Shown: positions 1 through 10,040 of the stretch, one piece after another
Layout: each line of letters opens with the position of its first letter
Position numbering within the stretch: the first letter of the stretch is position 1
Source: Oceanispirochaeta sp.
Lineage (GTDB): Bacteria; Spirochaetota; Spirochaetia; DSM-2461
Direction of reading: 5' to 3'
DNA: 64,000 nt
Assembly (NCBI GenBank): GCA_963663385.2
Contig: CAXXXD010000004.1
Coordinates: forward strand, 960,001-1,024,000
Position numbers and translations under genes: made by a program
The notes under the pieces: generated by a model
Database searches by the model: none
What the model was told of the DNA's origin: nothing
What the model saw: the letters and a program-made list of their open reading frames with translations, nothing else

Positions 1-555
1 AAATCCATTGAAGAAGCGGATGTGATCCTTCTGCTGATTGATGTGAACGAAGGTCTGACCGAACAGGATAAGAAGATTACCCAGCAGATTGTGAAAAACG
101 GGAAGGGTGTTGTTCTTGTTCTGAATAAATGGGATACCACGGACAAGACCAAGGAAACATGGGATAAAACCAGGGATCGTGTGGAATTCCTCTTTCCCAT
201 TCTGCATTTTGCTCCGATCATGGCTGTTTCAGGACTGGAGGGAACCGGTATTGACAAACTGCTGGATGAGGTTATGAAAATCTACAGACAGCTGACCAAA
301 CGGATTGAAACAAGCGTTCTGAATGAAGCTCTTACGGACTGGGTGGATTTTAATCCCATTCCTGCGGTAAAAAACAAGCGCTACAAAATCCGTTATATCA
401 CACAGGTGTCCTCCCACCCTGTAAAATTTATAGCATTTGTTAACAGATCCTCCGGATTTCCCGATTCTTATAAGAGATACATCATGAATCAGATCCGTAA
501 AGAATTTGGAATGTCAAAAATTCCCATTAGCCTGGAATTGAAAGAGCGCTCCTGA
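1..555 (+). CDS. der: Ribosome biogenesis GTPase Der (EngA), 3' part; gene starts before the window
   Basis: Second G-domain NKWD motif, then KH-like C-terminal domain (KIRYITQV..PVKFIAFVN..SYKRYIMNQIRKEFG..IPI). Confidence 0.93.
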   Translation, partial: KSIEEADVILLLIDVNEGLTEQDKKITQQIVKNGKGVVLVLNKWDTTDKTKETWDKTRDRVEFLFPILHFAPIMAVSGLEGTGIDKLLDEVMKIYRQLTKRIETSVLNEALTDWVDFNPIPAVKNKRYKIRYITQVSSHPVKFIAFVNRSSGFPDSYKRYIMNQIRKEFGMSKIPISLELKERS

Positions 556-581
556 GTCTGATCTGATCCGGGAGAGTTGTT

Positions 582-1937
582 ATGGTGTGCCGAAAAGCGG
601 CCCTTCGGATTATATTATTCCTTTTCATAAGTTCCTCATTTTCTCTTTGGGGGCAAACATCCTTTTTCAGTGAGGAGCAGATTCTGGCCCGAGCCGGATT
701 TTACGAAAACACCGAGGTCCGGACAGGGATGAAGGAGGCCATAAATGCTCCTTTTTTCTCTCTTCTGCCAAGACAGAAAGAAATTCATGAGCAGGTACTG
801 TCTCCGGTTGCTGTGGAGTTCGAACTGCGGAAGTCTGCCGAATCCTTTTATCTCCTTTTCAAGAATGAGCAAAACTACCGCTATCCCGTTTGGGGCAGGG
901 GGAACTTTATTATTAAACGGGACTTGAAAACAGGGGCATTCCTTCAGGTAAAAATATTCCTCCAGAATGATGAAGACTCTTTTATCCGCCTTTTTCCTCT
1001 GGATGACGGGCGTTCTGTTCTGGATTTGATGCTTTACGGGGTACAGCTCTACTCTGATATTGTCATCCCTGTTTCTCTGGAGGATCTGTCGATCAGTTCT
1101 TTCTCCCGTTTGATGTATCTGACTCGCGGAACAGTCCGGTGGGACCTTCTTATGACAGACAGTTCCTATGCCGAGTGGGGGATCCTTTCATCCTTTGTCG
1201 AGACTGTAAGGGGAGAACTGGATACACTGCATGAAGCTGAAGACGGGGCTCAGGACAAGACGGGTCAATTTGTCCATATTGAAGATGGGAGCCCGCAGCA
1301 GGATAGGGGCGGTGTTAACTGTTCCGGTTTTGCCAAATGGGTTGCCGACGGGATGCTGAGAGGTAAGGATGACAGGGAGTTCCTTATTTCCATTGAAGAT
1401 CTTAAAACAGCTTCTGCGGAAGAAGAGGAACGCCTGGGGAATCCCTGGAGTACGACGCGGCAGGACCGGGATCCCTACTTCGGTCTGGACTGGACCCGGA
1501 ATCTGGCCCGGATACTGAAGCAGGCTCAGGGGGCTGCAGAAATGTCTTCTCCCCGGGAGATGGATGTTCGCAGTATGCCCTTTTTCAACTATATGGAAAA
1601 TATCGGTTATAATCTGGAAAATCTCAGGGCAGTGTTGTATCTTCTTGCAATAGAGAATCCCGGAGCATTTTATATGGGCGCTGTGAATTCTCAGTTCGGG
1701 GAGGATCCTGTTCTATGGCAGTATCATCATATTGTCCTGTTTTTCCCCTGGTTTACTTCAGACGGGGACTTCCGTCTGGCCGTGCTGGAAACCGGCAGGG
1801 AATCCTCTCTGGAGAATTTAAAGAGACGTTATCCGGATAGTTTCGTTCATCTTGTAAAGGTGGAGGGAGCCGATGATTTTATACCACCCGGGGGCACCCC
1901 GGCAGCAGAGGACGGCATGGCCGGTTCCGAAGAATGA
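582..1937 (+). CDS. Hypothetical exported protein with a possible papain-like Cys motif (GVNCSGFAKW)
   Basis: 451-aa ORF, signal-peptide-like N-terminus, GGAGAG RBS, co-oriented after der. Confidence 0.7.
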   Translation: MVCRKAALRIILFLFISSSFSLWGQTSFFSEEQILARAGFYENTEVRTGMKEAINAPFFSLLPRQKEIHEQVLSPVAVEFELRKSAESFYLLFKNEQNYRYPVWGRGNFIIKRDLKTGAFLQVKIFLQNDEDSFIRLFPLDDGRSVLDLMLYGVQLYSDIVIPVSLEDLSISSFSRLMYLTRGTVRWDLLMTDSSYAEWGILSSFVETVRGELDTLHEAEDGAQDKTGQFVHIEDGSPQQDRGGVNCSGFAKWVADGMLRGKDDREFLISIEDLKTASAEEEERLGNPWSTTRQDRDPYFGLDWTRNLARILKQAQGAAEMSSPREMDVRSMPFFNYMENIGYNLENLRAVLYLLAIENPGAFYMGAVNSQFGEDPVLWQYHHIVLFFPWFTSDGDFRLAVLETGRESSLENLKRRYPDSFVHLVKVEGADDFIPPGGTPAAEDGMAGSEE

Positions 1938-1955
1938 TTTAACAGGAGTGAATTT

Positions 1956-2606
1956 ATGTTGGATATTATTATAAAAGGCGGTCCTATTTTATGGATAATT
2001 ATGCTGCTCTCCGTTCTGGCAACAGCAATTATCATCGAACGCCTGCTGTACTTTAAAAAGATTAAGGTTGACGAGGAAAAGCTGTTTCTCAGGATCAAGG
2101 GAGCCGTGGAAAAGGAACACTTTGATGAGGCCCTCTCTATCTGCGATACCAATGTTTCTCCTCTGACAGGACTGATGAAAGTCGGTATCAATCACAGGGA
2201 TCAGCCAGATTATATTCAGAAGGAAGTTCTGAAAGATGCCGCCCGTCAGGAGATCCCCCAGCTGGAACGCTTTCTGACCCCTCTGGGAACCATCGCCCAT
2301 ATATCCCCTCTTCTGGGGCTGCTGGGTACGGTAACCGGTAATATTAAGTCTTTCGGAATACTGGGCGGCGGAATTTCCATGGGAGACCCTTCCATTCTGG
2401 CCAAGGGTATTTCAGAAGCCCTTATTACAACCGCTGCCGGTTTGATCGTTTCCATCCCGGCTGTTATTTTCTATAACTATCTGGTGAACAAGGTTGAAAC
2501 GATTCTGATTAAAATGGAAAACCAGGTGAATGAGATGATCCTGCTTCTGAAAGGCCGGGAATCGGAAGACAGTGAGAAAACGGCTTCGCTGGGAGATATC
2601 CTATGA
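1956..2606 (+). CDS. MotA/TolQ/ExbB proton channel protein
   Basis: Three TM segments; SPLLGLLGTVTG and GISEALITTAAGL motifs. Confidence 0.93.
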   Translation: MLDIIIKGGPILWIIMLLSVLATAIIIERLLYFKKIKVDEEKLFLRIKGAVEKEHFDEALSICDTNVSPLTGLMKVGINHRDQPDYIQKEVLKDAARQEIPQLERFLTPLGTIAHISPLLGLLGTVTGNIKSFGILGGGISMGDPSILAKGISEALITTAAGLIVSIPAVIFYNYLVNKVETILIKMENQVNEMILLLKGRESEDSEKTASLGDIL

Positions 2607-3019
2607 TGTTCGAACGGCGGCTGAAACCGCACATCAATGTGGATCTGACTCCGCTGATCGATGTGGTTTTTCAGCTGGTAATCTTTTTTATGATATCCAG
2701 CGTTTTCAATACGGCCCCCGGAATCACTCTGGATCTTCCCGAGTCTGCTACAAGTGAAAATGTGGAGATAACCGAACTCAGGCTTACGGTTCTTTCAGAG
2801 GATGAGATCTATGTAAACAAGGATTTATGTAATCTGAACTCTCTTGAAGAAACCCTTATCCTTGTCAAGGAGCGGGATGCTCTTGAAGATCCTGTGGTGG
2901 TTCTGGATGGCGAGAGGAGTATTCCCTATCAGCTGATGATCGAGATGCTGGATGTCCTGCGCCGTCAGGGATACGATGGGGTAAACCTGGTTACGAGCGA
3001 GAAGAATAAGGACAGCTGA
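2603..3019 (+). CDS. ExbD/TolR biopolymer transport protein
   Basis: DLTPLIDVVFQLVIFFMI motif; overlaps the exbB-like stop. Confidence 0.93.
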   Translation: MMFERRLKPHINVDLTPLIDVVFQLVIFFMISSVFNTAPGITLDLPESATSENVEITELRLTVLSEDEIYVNKDLCNLNSLEETLILVKERDALEDPVVVLDGERSIPYQLMIEMLDVLRRQGYDGVNLVTSEKNKDS

Positions 3020-3978
3020 TGACGGCCTATCAGATTGCCTGGCAGAAAAAGCGGATCCGCCGCAGTTTTCTGGCAGCTTTTTTACTGCATTTTCTGCTGA
3101 TTGGCGGCGCTCTGCTGTATAATCTCTTTTTTGTGGAAGATCTGGAAGACTTTTCCGGTCCTGTACTGATCAAGCTGGGAGAACCGGAAGGAGCCGATCT
3201 GCCCCTGCCTCCCGAGCCGGCAGATACTCCAGAACCTCCTGAAGAGACTGTTCCGGAAACCGCGGACCTCCCCGAGGAAGCCGAGGTTATCCGGGAAGCT
3301 TACGTGCCGGAAGAGACCCCGTCCAGTCTGCCGGATACAGCCGAAAAACCCGAGGTGGAAACTCCCTCTCAGAGCGATACCCCCCGAACGGAAACGGCCG
3401 CCGCACCCGAATCGGTTCCGGAGAAACCGGCCGAACCGGAGCCGGTTACCATCATGGGGTCGGAAGACGGGAATGCCCACGAAACGGTTTTCTCAACGGA
3501 AGAGGGTGTAATCGGCCGCAATGTGTATCTCCAGATAAACTGGTTTATGCCTCTTCCGTATAATCTGGATCAGAAATACTTTGATAATATTGAAGGTGAT
3601 GCTATCAATTCATCAGAGGATTTTAAACGTATAATTACAAGGTACTATTCAGACAATCCTGTGGGCAAGGGATTCTACCTGAATCAGGACGCAGCAGATA
3701 ATATGACCTATGAGGAACGGTATACCTGTTGGAGTATCCTTGAAAAAAGCGGTTATCCCCTTTCGGAGGCGGAGTACAAGAAAAACAGGACCCTCAAACC
3801 CGTTGTTCTGAGTTTTACAATAGAAGCGAATGCGGTCTATCCCCAAGAAGTGGAAGTCCTGAAATCCTGCGGTTACAGTGATATAGATGAAGCGGTCAAA
3901 TACGGATTTGGCGTGTCTCAGTACAGCAATTCAACGGATCGAAAAGTAAAGGGCCGTTTTACATACCGCTTTGACTAA
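3019..3978 (+). CDS. TonB/TolA-like energy transducer
   Basis: N-terminal TM with His (FLLHFLL), Pro/Glu-rich linker, TonB_C-like end (VEVLKSCGYSDIDEAV..F.YRFD); follows exbBD. Confidence 0.75.
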   Translation: MTAYQIAWQKKRIRRSFLAAFLLHFLLIGGALLYNLFFVEDLEDFSGPVLIKLGEPEGADLPLPPEPADTPEPPEETVPETADLPEEAEVIREAYVPEETPSSLPDTAEKPEVETPSQSDTPRTETAAAPESVPEKPAEPEPVTIMGSEDGNAHETVFSTEEGVIGRNVYLQINWFMPLPYNLDQKYFDNIEGDAINSSEDFKRIITRYYSDNPVGKGFYLNQDAADNMTYEERYTCWSILEKSGYPLSEAEYKKNRTLKPVVLSFTIEANAVYPQEVEVLKSCGYSDIDEAVKYGFGVSQYSNSTDRKVKGRFTYRFD

Positions 3979-4053
3979 GCAGAAACAGCTTGCAAATACC
4001 CTATCATTACGGTACTGTAGAGACAGCTTATTAATGGATGGTTTTGCTGATTT

Positions 4054-4722
4054 ATGCCTATTAAAGCGGTTGCCTTTGATATAGACGGGACCTTGTATCC
4101 CAACTGGAGAATGAAGTTCCACTCTATTCCCTTTCTGTTTTCTCATATTTCTCTTGTGCTGAACTTTTCTCAGGTGCGGAAGGATATCCGGAAAATTGAA
4201 AAAGTCGATCACTTTCGTGACCTTCAGGCCAATCTGATGTCACAGAAAACAGGAATGGATGTGGATACGGCCCAGGATGTTCTGGAACGGATTATCTATA
4301 AAAAATGGGAAAAGATCTTTAAGCGGGTAAGACCTTACTCCGGTTTGGATAAGGCTCTGGTTACCCTCCGGAAGAGAGGGTATAAGCTGGGTATCCTGTC
4401 GGATTTTCCAGTGGGGAACAAACTGAATTATTTTCGTGTCGACGGGCATTGGGATGTGACAATGTCTTCCGAAGAGACCGGGTATCTGAAACCCCATGCC
4501 GCTCCCTTTCTGGCTTTGGCCGAACGCCTGGGCTGTGCCCCGGAAGAGGTTCTGTATGTTGGAAACAGCATAGAATATGATGTAGCCGGTGCATCTGCAG
4601 CAGGAATGAAAACTGTCTATATCAACTGGAAGAAACAGGATCTGCCCTCTGCCGATCTTTCCATTACCTCATACAGGCACTTTGTCGATAAAATCGAATT
4701 CCTGCTGGCTGACGGGGAGTAA
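4054..4722 (+). CDS. HAD-family hydrolase
   Basis: FDIDGTL motif I, KPH and YVGNS..DV.GA..AGM motifs. Confidence 0.92.
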   Translation: MPIKAVAFDIDGTLYPNWRMKFHSIPFLFSHISLVLNFSQVRKDIRKIEKVDHFRDLQANLMSQKTGMDVDTAQDVLERIIYKKWEKIFKRVRPYSGLDKALVTLRKRGYKLGILSDFPVGNKLNYFRVDGHWDVTMSSEETGYLKPHAAPFLALAERLGCAPEEVLYVGNSIEYDVAGASAAGMKTVYINWKKQDLPSADLSITSYRHFVDKIEFLLADGE

Positions 4723-4725
4723 CAG

Positions 4726-7700
4726 ATGACTACCTTCAATACAGCCGATATTATTGTACTGGCCATTGTAGCCATTGTCCTTTTTCTCTATCGGCAGCTG
4801 GATAAAAATAACAGATCTCTGGAAAAGGTTCGCAAGTACGCCGATAAAGTCCGATTGGATCTGGATAAACTGACGAAAGAGAAGAAAACCGAGATTCACG
4901 ATCTGAATATCGATATTGAACTTCAGGAGAAAACCAACCGGGAAATCCTTAAAAGAATCCAGAGCGCCAACAGCGAAGCCCTTCAGCGTTCGGAGGAGCT
5001 GGATACGCTTCGTACTCAGCTGGACAAGGCATCCGGGCGTTTGTCCGATCTGGATGAGCTGACCCGCAATGTGGATGAGAATCTGCAGAGGATCCGGAAA
5101 GAGTCGGAGTATGTGGATTCCGTCGGGCTTCGCCTTAATGATCTGATAAAAAGAACAGAAGAACTGAAAGGCGGTATGGGTGAACTTGTAGGCGCCTTTA
5201 AAAAGAAGAATGCCGCCAGCATAGACGAGCTGAAGAGTGCCTTCAGCGGTGAAATGACCGTGGAGTACCGCCGTTTTGCCGAAGAGTTTCAGGGGCTTCA
5301 GGAAAAACTGGACAGTTTCCAGAGTTCCGTTACCCGGCTTGTTGAACAGCGTGACCGTCTGGCTTCCGAGAAGATGCAGGATTTTACCGAACAGCTGGCA
5401 GCGGTTGAAAATGATTATAATGTCAGGATTGAAAAAACCTCGCAGGAAGCCCTGGCTCTGGAATCTGATGTCTTTGCCGAATTAAAAGAACTGCTGGGAA
5501 ATCATAAAGATACCCTTCAGAGGGATTGGGACAGAACATCCTGTGATCTGTCTGCCAAAATGGAGAATACAAGCGACAATCTGGAAGACCGGATGACCTC
5601 TCTTCAGGAAGAAATGGACAAGATGGCTTCTCATCTCTCTCAAACAACGGGAGAGCAGGATCATGTGCTGTCCTCCATGAAAGAGGAGCTGGAGGTTATG
5701 CTCCAGGCCTTTACAACCTCCCGGACCAGTATGAGCCGGGTGAAGGAAGAGGTGGATCAGGAGCTGGAAAGAATGGAATCCCGTCTGACCGCTCATAAAA
5801 CAGATGTTGAAACCAGGCTGACCGATTTTTCCGAAACATTTACGGGTCGTATTGAGGAAACCGCGGAATCTCTGCAGCTGGAGTCTTTAAAAGCCATAGA
5901 GAAGAAGCTGAAGGAGTATGAAAGCGGATTCTTTCCCCGTTTTAACAGGCTGGAACAGTTTATGGCCGATATGGATGAACTGGAGGGATCCCTTCGTCAG
6001 ACCATGGACGAGGTTCAGACAGGTGTTCTGGAAGACTTCAGCCAGTTTGACCGCAGGATGCAGGACCTTCGTTCAGATGAGGAGAAAGAGACCGAAGAGC
6101 GTGCCGATAAACTGCGTCAGGCTATGAAAGAGCTGGAGCAGGGACTGGATGATCTGAAAAGCCGGGCCTATGATAATGTTTCAGAGCAGCTTCAGGTTTT
6201 TGAAGATGATTTTTTTGCAGATCTCAAAAAACGGGACAATACCCTGCAGTCCAGTTTGAAAGAGTGGCAGGATAATCTGAATATTCAGATTGGCGAAATG
6301 GCTGATCAGCAGAATCGGGACAGGGATGAAGTAGAAAGAACCTATACGGCCGAGATGAACAAGCGCCTGGGAGAAGTTCAGTCCAGGGTTTATCAGCAGC
6401 TTGAGAAATTTCAGGGGCAGGTGGAAGGATTCCGGGAAGCCCTTGACAGCGGTATGGCTGAGGGTACGGGCATGATGCGGCAGTACCATGAGAACCTCTC
6501 CGGTGAGATTGGAAAACTGCAGGACGAATCCATGTCCTATATGACGGGAATCCTGGAGAAGATGAAAACCCATCTTCAGGACAGGCTGGATAAAACACGC
6601 AGCGATTTCGGTCAGAATATGGATAGCCTTTTTGTGGAACTGGAACAGAACAGGAAGGATTTTCACAGCCAGAATGAAGCGGTTCAGTCTGATGTCACAG
6701 CCTGGCAGAACCGGGTTCTTCAGCAGATTCGTGATCAGGAAGCGGATATTACGGAGCAGTACGGCAACTTCAAGGATAAGGTCGCCGAACAGATACAGGA
6801 AGTCCAGGACGATTTCAAGTCCCAGAAAGAAGAGCTTATCCTTTCTACCAATGAAGAGCGTGCCGATCTGAAGCAGGATCTGGCTTCCATGGGTGAGAAA
6901 GTTTACCAGCTGCAGAATGATCTGAAGGATAAAACATCCCAGACCCTTGAGAAATTCAACAGTGATTATAATCTGTTTATCCTGGAGTTTCAGAAGAAGA
7001 TGCGGGACTCCCAGAATGATGCGGAGCTGAAGATCCGGGAGATGCGTCAGGGCGTTAACGATGCCCGGGAGAAAATGGAAGCTTTCCAGAAGAAGCTTTT
7101 TACACGTATTGAGGATGATTCCCGTCATCTGACGGAAAATCTGGAGGAGATTAACCGGAAACAGCAGGATTTTATCGCCCAGACCCATGTGTTTGAAAAG
7201 GCGGATCAGCTTAAGGAATCCCTTACCCGTGATTTGATGAGCCTGAAAACCGAAATCCAGCGTGTGGAAGGCAATATGGATCGGCTGCAGGAGTATCAGG
7301 ACGGATTTGTCCGGGTTCAGGATCAGTACAGGGAAGTTCTGGAGCAGATCAATCGTTTTATGGACGAAAAACAGAAGGTGGACGAACTGGAAGAGAAGAT
7401 ATCCCGTATGGTCAGCCTCTCCAAGTCGGTGGATCTCAAGCTGGATCAGGTTACTTCTTTCCATGATATGCTGCAGCAGTATCAGACCAGGGTTAAGGAA
7501 CTGGAAGATCAACACCATGCCATTGACGCCCGGTTTGCCCGGATTGAATCCAAGGCGAAGATGGTAGACCATACCGCCGAAAGCGTGGACCGTTATACTG
7601 TAGTTCTAAACAATATGGAACAAACCCTGTCCGAAATGAAAAGTGAGATCGATCCTCTGGCCGCCCGTATGGAAGGGGTCGAATCTAAAGATAGGATACT

Positions 7701-8064
7701 TATGGCCAACAGGGAACTGACTGACGAAATTTACGACCGGATATCTTCCCTTACGGCGGTTCTGGATGAACTGGATGAAAGAACGGAGAAAATTGACAAA
7801 GCCCGGGACTGGATTGCCAGGACCGAGACCCGTATGGACGGTGTGGTAAAACAGGCTCAGGATCAGGTTAAGCTGATCGGCAGGCTGGCAGAGAGGGATG
7901 GGCGTCCGGAAACGGCACGATCCGGCGGATCTCCCGATATGGACACCAGAGAAACAGTCCTCCGTCTGGCCAGACTGCAGTGGAAAACCGAAGATATCGC
8001 CCGGACCCTTAAACTGAGCCGGGGAGAAGTGGAACTGATTCTGGAAATTACACCCAAGGGCTGA
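4726..8064 (+). CDS. SpiroCoCo-family membrane-anchored long coiled-coil protein
   Basis: N-terminal TM + RQLDKNNRSLEKVRKY, about 1000 aa heptad-rich region, C-terminal HTH-like EDIARTLKLSRGEVELILE. Confidence 0.85.
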   Translation: MTTFNTADIIVLAIVAIVLFLYRQLDKNNRSLEKVRKYADKVRLDLDKLTKEKKTEIHDLNIDIELQEKTNREILKRIQSANSEALQRSEELDTLRTQLDKASGRLSDLDELTRNVDENLQRIRKESEYVDSVGLRLNDLIKRTEELKGGMGELVGAFKKKNAASIDELKSAFSGEMTVEYRRFAEEFQGLQEKLDSFQSSVTRLVEQRDRLASEKMQDFTEQLAAVENDYNVRIEKTSQEALALESDVFAELKELLGNHKDTLQRDWDRTSCDLSAKMENTSDNLEDRMTSLQEEMDKMASHLSQTTGEQDHVLSSMKEELEVMLQAFTTSRTSMSRVKEEVDQELERMESRLTAHKTDVETRLTDFSETFTGRIEETAESLQLESLKAIEKKLKEYESGFFPRFNRLEQFMADMDELEGSLRQTMDEVQTGVLEDFSQFDRRMQDLRSDEEKETEERADKLRQAMKELEQGLDDLKSRAYDNVSEQLQVFEDDFFADLKKRDNTLQSSLKEWQDNLNIQIGEMADQQNRDRDEVERTYTAEMNKRLGEVQSRVYQQLEKFQGQVEGFREALDSGMAEGTGMMRQYHENLSGEIGKLQDESMSYMTGILEKMKTHLQDRLDKTRSDFGQNMDSLFVELEQNRKDFHSQNEAVQSDVTAWQNRVLQQIRDQEADITEQYGNFKDKVAEQIQEVQDDFKSQKEELILSTNEERADLKQDLASMGEKVYQLQNDLKDKTSQTLEKFNSDYNLFILEFQKKMRDSQNDAELKIREMRQGVNDAREKMEAFQKKLFTRIEDDSRHLTENLEEINRKQQDFIAQTHVFEKADQLKESLTRDLMSLKTEIQRVEGNMDRLQEYQDGFVRVQDQYREVLEQINRFMDEKQKVDELEEKISRMVSLSKSVDLKLDQVTSFHDMLQQYQTRVKELEDQHHAIDARFARIESKAKMVDHTAESVDRYTVVLNNMEQTLSEMKSEIDPLAARMEGVESKDRILMANRELTDEIYDRISSLTAVLDELDERTEKIDKARDWIARTETRMDGVVKQAQDQVKLIGRLAERDGRPETARSGGSPDMDTRETVLRLARLQWKTEDIARTLKLSRGEVELILEITPKG

Positions 8065-8065
8065 C

Positions 8066-8866
8066 ATGTTTCATCACGGTTATATTTTTCAGACCATGCT
8101 GGCCGAAGCGGGACCGCTGAATGACGGCCAGGTTCGGCAACATGAGACTCTTCAACTCCTTTACGGCGTAAACAGACCCTTTCGTATCCGTTTGAATGAT
8201 GAGTGGCATAAGACCCGTTTATGCCTGTTATCTGAAGGGGTGCCTCACTATATCAATGGAGACGGGGACTGGCAGTACTGTTTTTATATCTACCCGGATT
8301 CTCATACGGGGTATCTGCTCAAGTCTTCCATTCTGAAAGATTCTCCCGTATCGGTCTTTTCGGGTGAAGAAAAATTGGGGAGGCTGAATGTTATGCCTTC
8401 TGCGGTACGTCCTATTCCTGCATTCGACCTGAAGATGCTTTTTGAACAGATTGTCTACTACTTTACGGGAAAACGCCCTTGTCTGCGTCCCGATCAGCCC
8501 CTTTTGAAAAAACTCAGGCATGGGATATATGGAGAAGGGATATTTTCTGCGGCGGATCTGTCAGAATTCTGCGGTATGGATAGTGGCGAGCTTGCTGACC
8601 AATTTAAACGGATGACAGAATTCAATCTGGATTCCTGGCTGCTGCATCAGAGGATGATGATTTTTTTTGACAGGCTGGAAAGAGCGGAACAGCGGTCAGA
8701 TGCCCAGCTGGATTCCCTCTGCCGCCAATCCGGATTTGCCGGTGTTGATGCTCTGGACAGACTGTTCTGCGATTTTTTCGGGATAACCTATACCAGATGG
8801 GCCGGGGCAAAAAGCCGGTCCGTTATTGTAACGGACCACAGATCGGAATTCCCCTGTTTTATGTAG
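8066..8866 (+). CDS. AraC-like regulator (divergent)
   Basis: Cupin-like N-terminus; C-terminal SGFA...LDRLFCDFFGIT resembles the second AraC HTH. Confidence 0.55.
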   Translation: MFHHGYIFQTMLAEAGPLNDGQVRQHETLQLLYGVNRPFRIRLNDEWHKTRLCLLSEGVPHYINGDGDWQYCFYIYPDSHTGYLLKSSILKDSPVSVFSGEEKLGRLNVMPSAVRPIPAFDLKMLFEQIVYYFTGKRPCLRPDQPLLKKLRHGIYGEGIFSAADLSEFCGMDSGELADQFKRMTEFNLDSWLLHQRMMIFFDRLERAEQRSDAQLDSLCRQSGFAGVDALDRLFCDFFGITYTRWAGAKSRSVIVTDHRSEFPCFM

Positions 8867-8887
8867 TATATTAAAGGAGGGTGCGGA

Positions 8888-9238
8888 TTATTCAGCGGAT
8901 TCCTTATCTTCCAGATCTGGTTCCTTTTCCGGTTCCAGTACTGTCTGAGTTTTTTTCTCAAGAGTTTCCAGTGATTTTAGACTTCGGGCCATTATATCGC
9001 CGGTAGTGGCGGAAAGTTCAAGAAGATTCAGCAGTATCTTTTCCTGTTTAATCAGGTTGTTGTTCTGCTCTTCGAGGGTCGATATCCTCTCGGCTTGTTC
9101 TCTGAGAGCTTCCACAAGGGGGTGAACGTATTCCGTATTCCCTTCTTCTTCCATTACAAGCATGGTATTTATTTTGCCATTTATATATACATTTCTTATC
9201 ATTGGTTTGATCCTAGCAGGTCTGAAGGAGAAAGACAA
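8888..9238 (-). CDS. Small hypothetical coiled-coil protein (start may be 9202)
   Basis: 116-aa ORF with heptad pattern, divergent from grpE. Confidence 0.55.
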   Translation of the reverse strand: MSFSFRPARIKPMIRNVYINGKINTMLVMEEEGNTEYVHPLVEALREQAERISTLEEQNNNLIKQEKILLNLLELSATTGDIMARSLKSLETLEKKTQTVLEPEKEPDLEDKESAE

Positions 9239-9363
9239 TCAACTTTTTCTGCAGATAATAAATAAAAAAGGAAAAACAAATTCTTGACGATAAATCACAA
9301 AAATTATTATTTTTGATTAAGAAAATAAATATACTAAAATAATCTGACTGGAAGGTTTAGCAG

Positions 9364-10008
9364 GTGGCAAATAATACAGGTGACGAGACTGCGGAAGAAA
9401 ACGTAAAGACGGGAGATGAAGCAGTAGAGGCAGTAACAGAAAACAATGTCGTTGATTTTGAAGCAGACGGCAGTATTGAAGAAGAGTCTGCAGAAGAAGA
9501 AAAACCCTCCGAGCTGGATGAAGCTCGTGCGGAAGCGGAAACTCTGAAAAAAGAGAACAGCGAATTAAAGGATCAGTATCTGAGAAAACATGCTGATTTT
9601 GAGAACTATCGCAAACGTATGGCCCGGGAAAAAGCGGATTCCGTTAGATACGGCAATCAGGAGCTCTTGAAGGATCTTATTGAGGTAATTGATAACTTTG
9701 ACAGAGCCATTAAATCTGCAGCGGATTCCCAGGATTTTGATTCCTTCAGAGAGGGGATCAGTATGATAGAGCAGCAGTTTACGGGAATGCTTCAAAGCAA
9801 GTGGGGACTGGAAAAAATGGAGTGCGAAGGAGCTGAATATGATCCCAACTCCCATGAAGCTCTAATGATGGAAGAATCTGAAGAACTGGAAGTGCCTACC
9901 GTACTTGAGGATTTTCAGGCCGGATACAAGTTGTATGAGAGGGTATTGAGACCCGCTAAAGTCAAAGTCGGCAAACCCGCAGCAGCGGCTGCTCCCGACG
10001 AAAAATAG
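9364..10008 (+). CDS. grpE: Nucleotide exchange factor GrpE
   Basis: [37 protein letters not shown]; directly upstream of dnaK. Confidence 0.97.
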   Translation: MANNTGDETAEENVKTGDEAVEAVTENNVVDFEADGSIEEESAEEEKPSELDEARAEAETLKKENSELKDQYLRKHADFENYRKRMAREKADSVRYGNQELLKDLIEVIDNFDRAIKSAADSQDFDSFREGISMIEQQFTGMLQSKWGLEKMECEGAEYDPNSHEALMMEESEELEVPTVLEDFQAGYKLYERVLRPAKVKVGKPAAAAAPDEK

Positions 10009-10040
10009 AACGAAGAGAAAATCAGGTAAGGAGAACCGAA

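Noticed and set aside
6181..7572. 463-aa antisense ORF, and similar ones opposite dnaK, dnaJ and the ygc-like genes
   Set aside because: Shadow frames of well-supported genes; no motifs of their own.
9240..9363. CIRCE element or hrcA upstream of grpE-dnaK-dnaJ
   Set aside because: No TTAGCACTC-N9-GAGTGCTAA and no hrcA-like ORF in the window.
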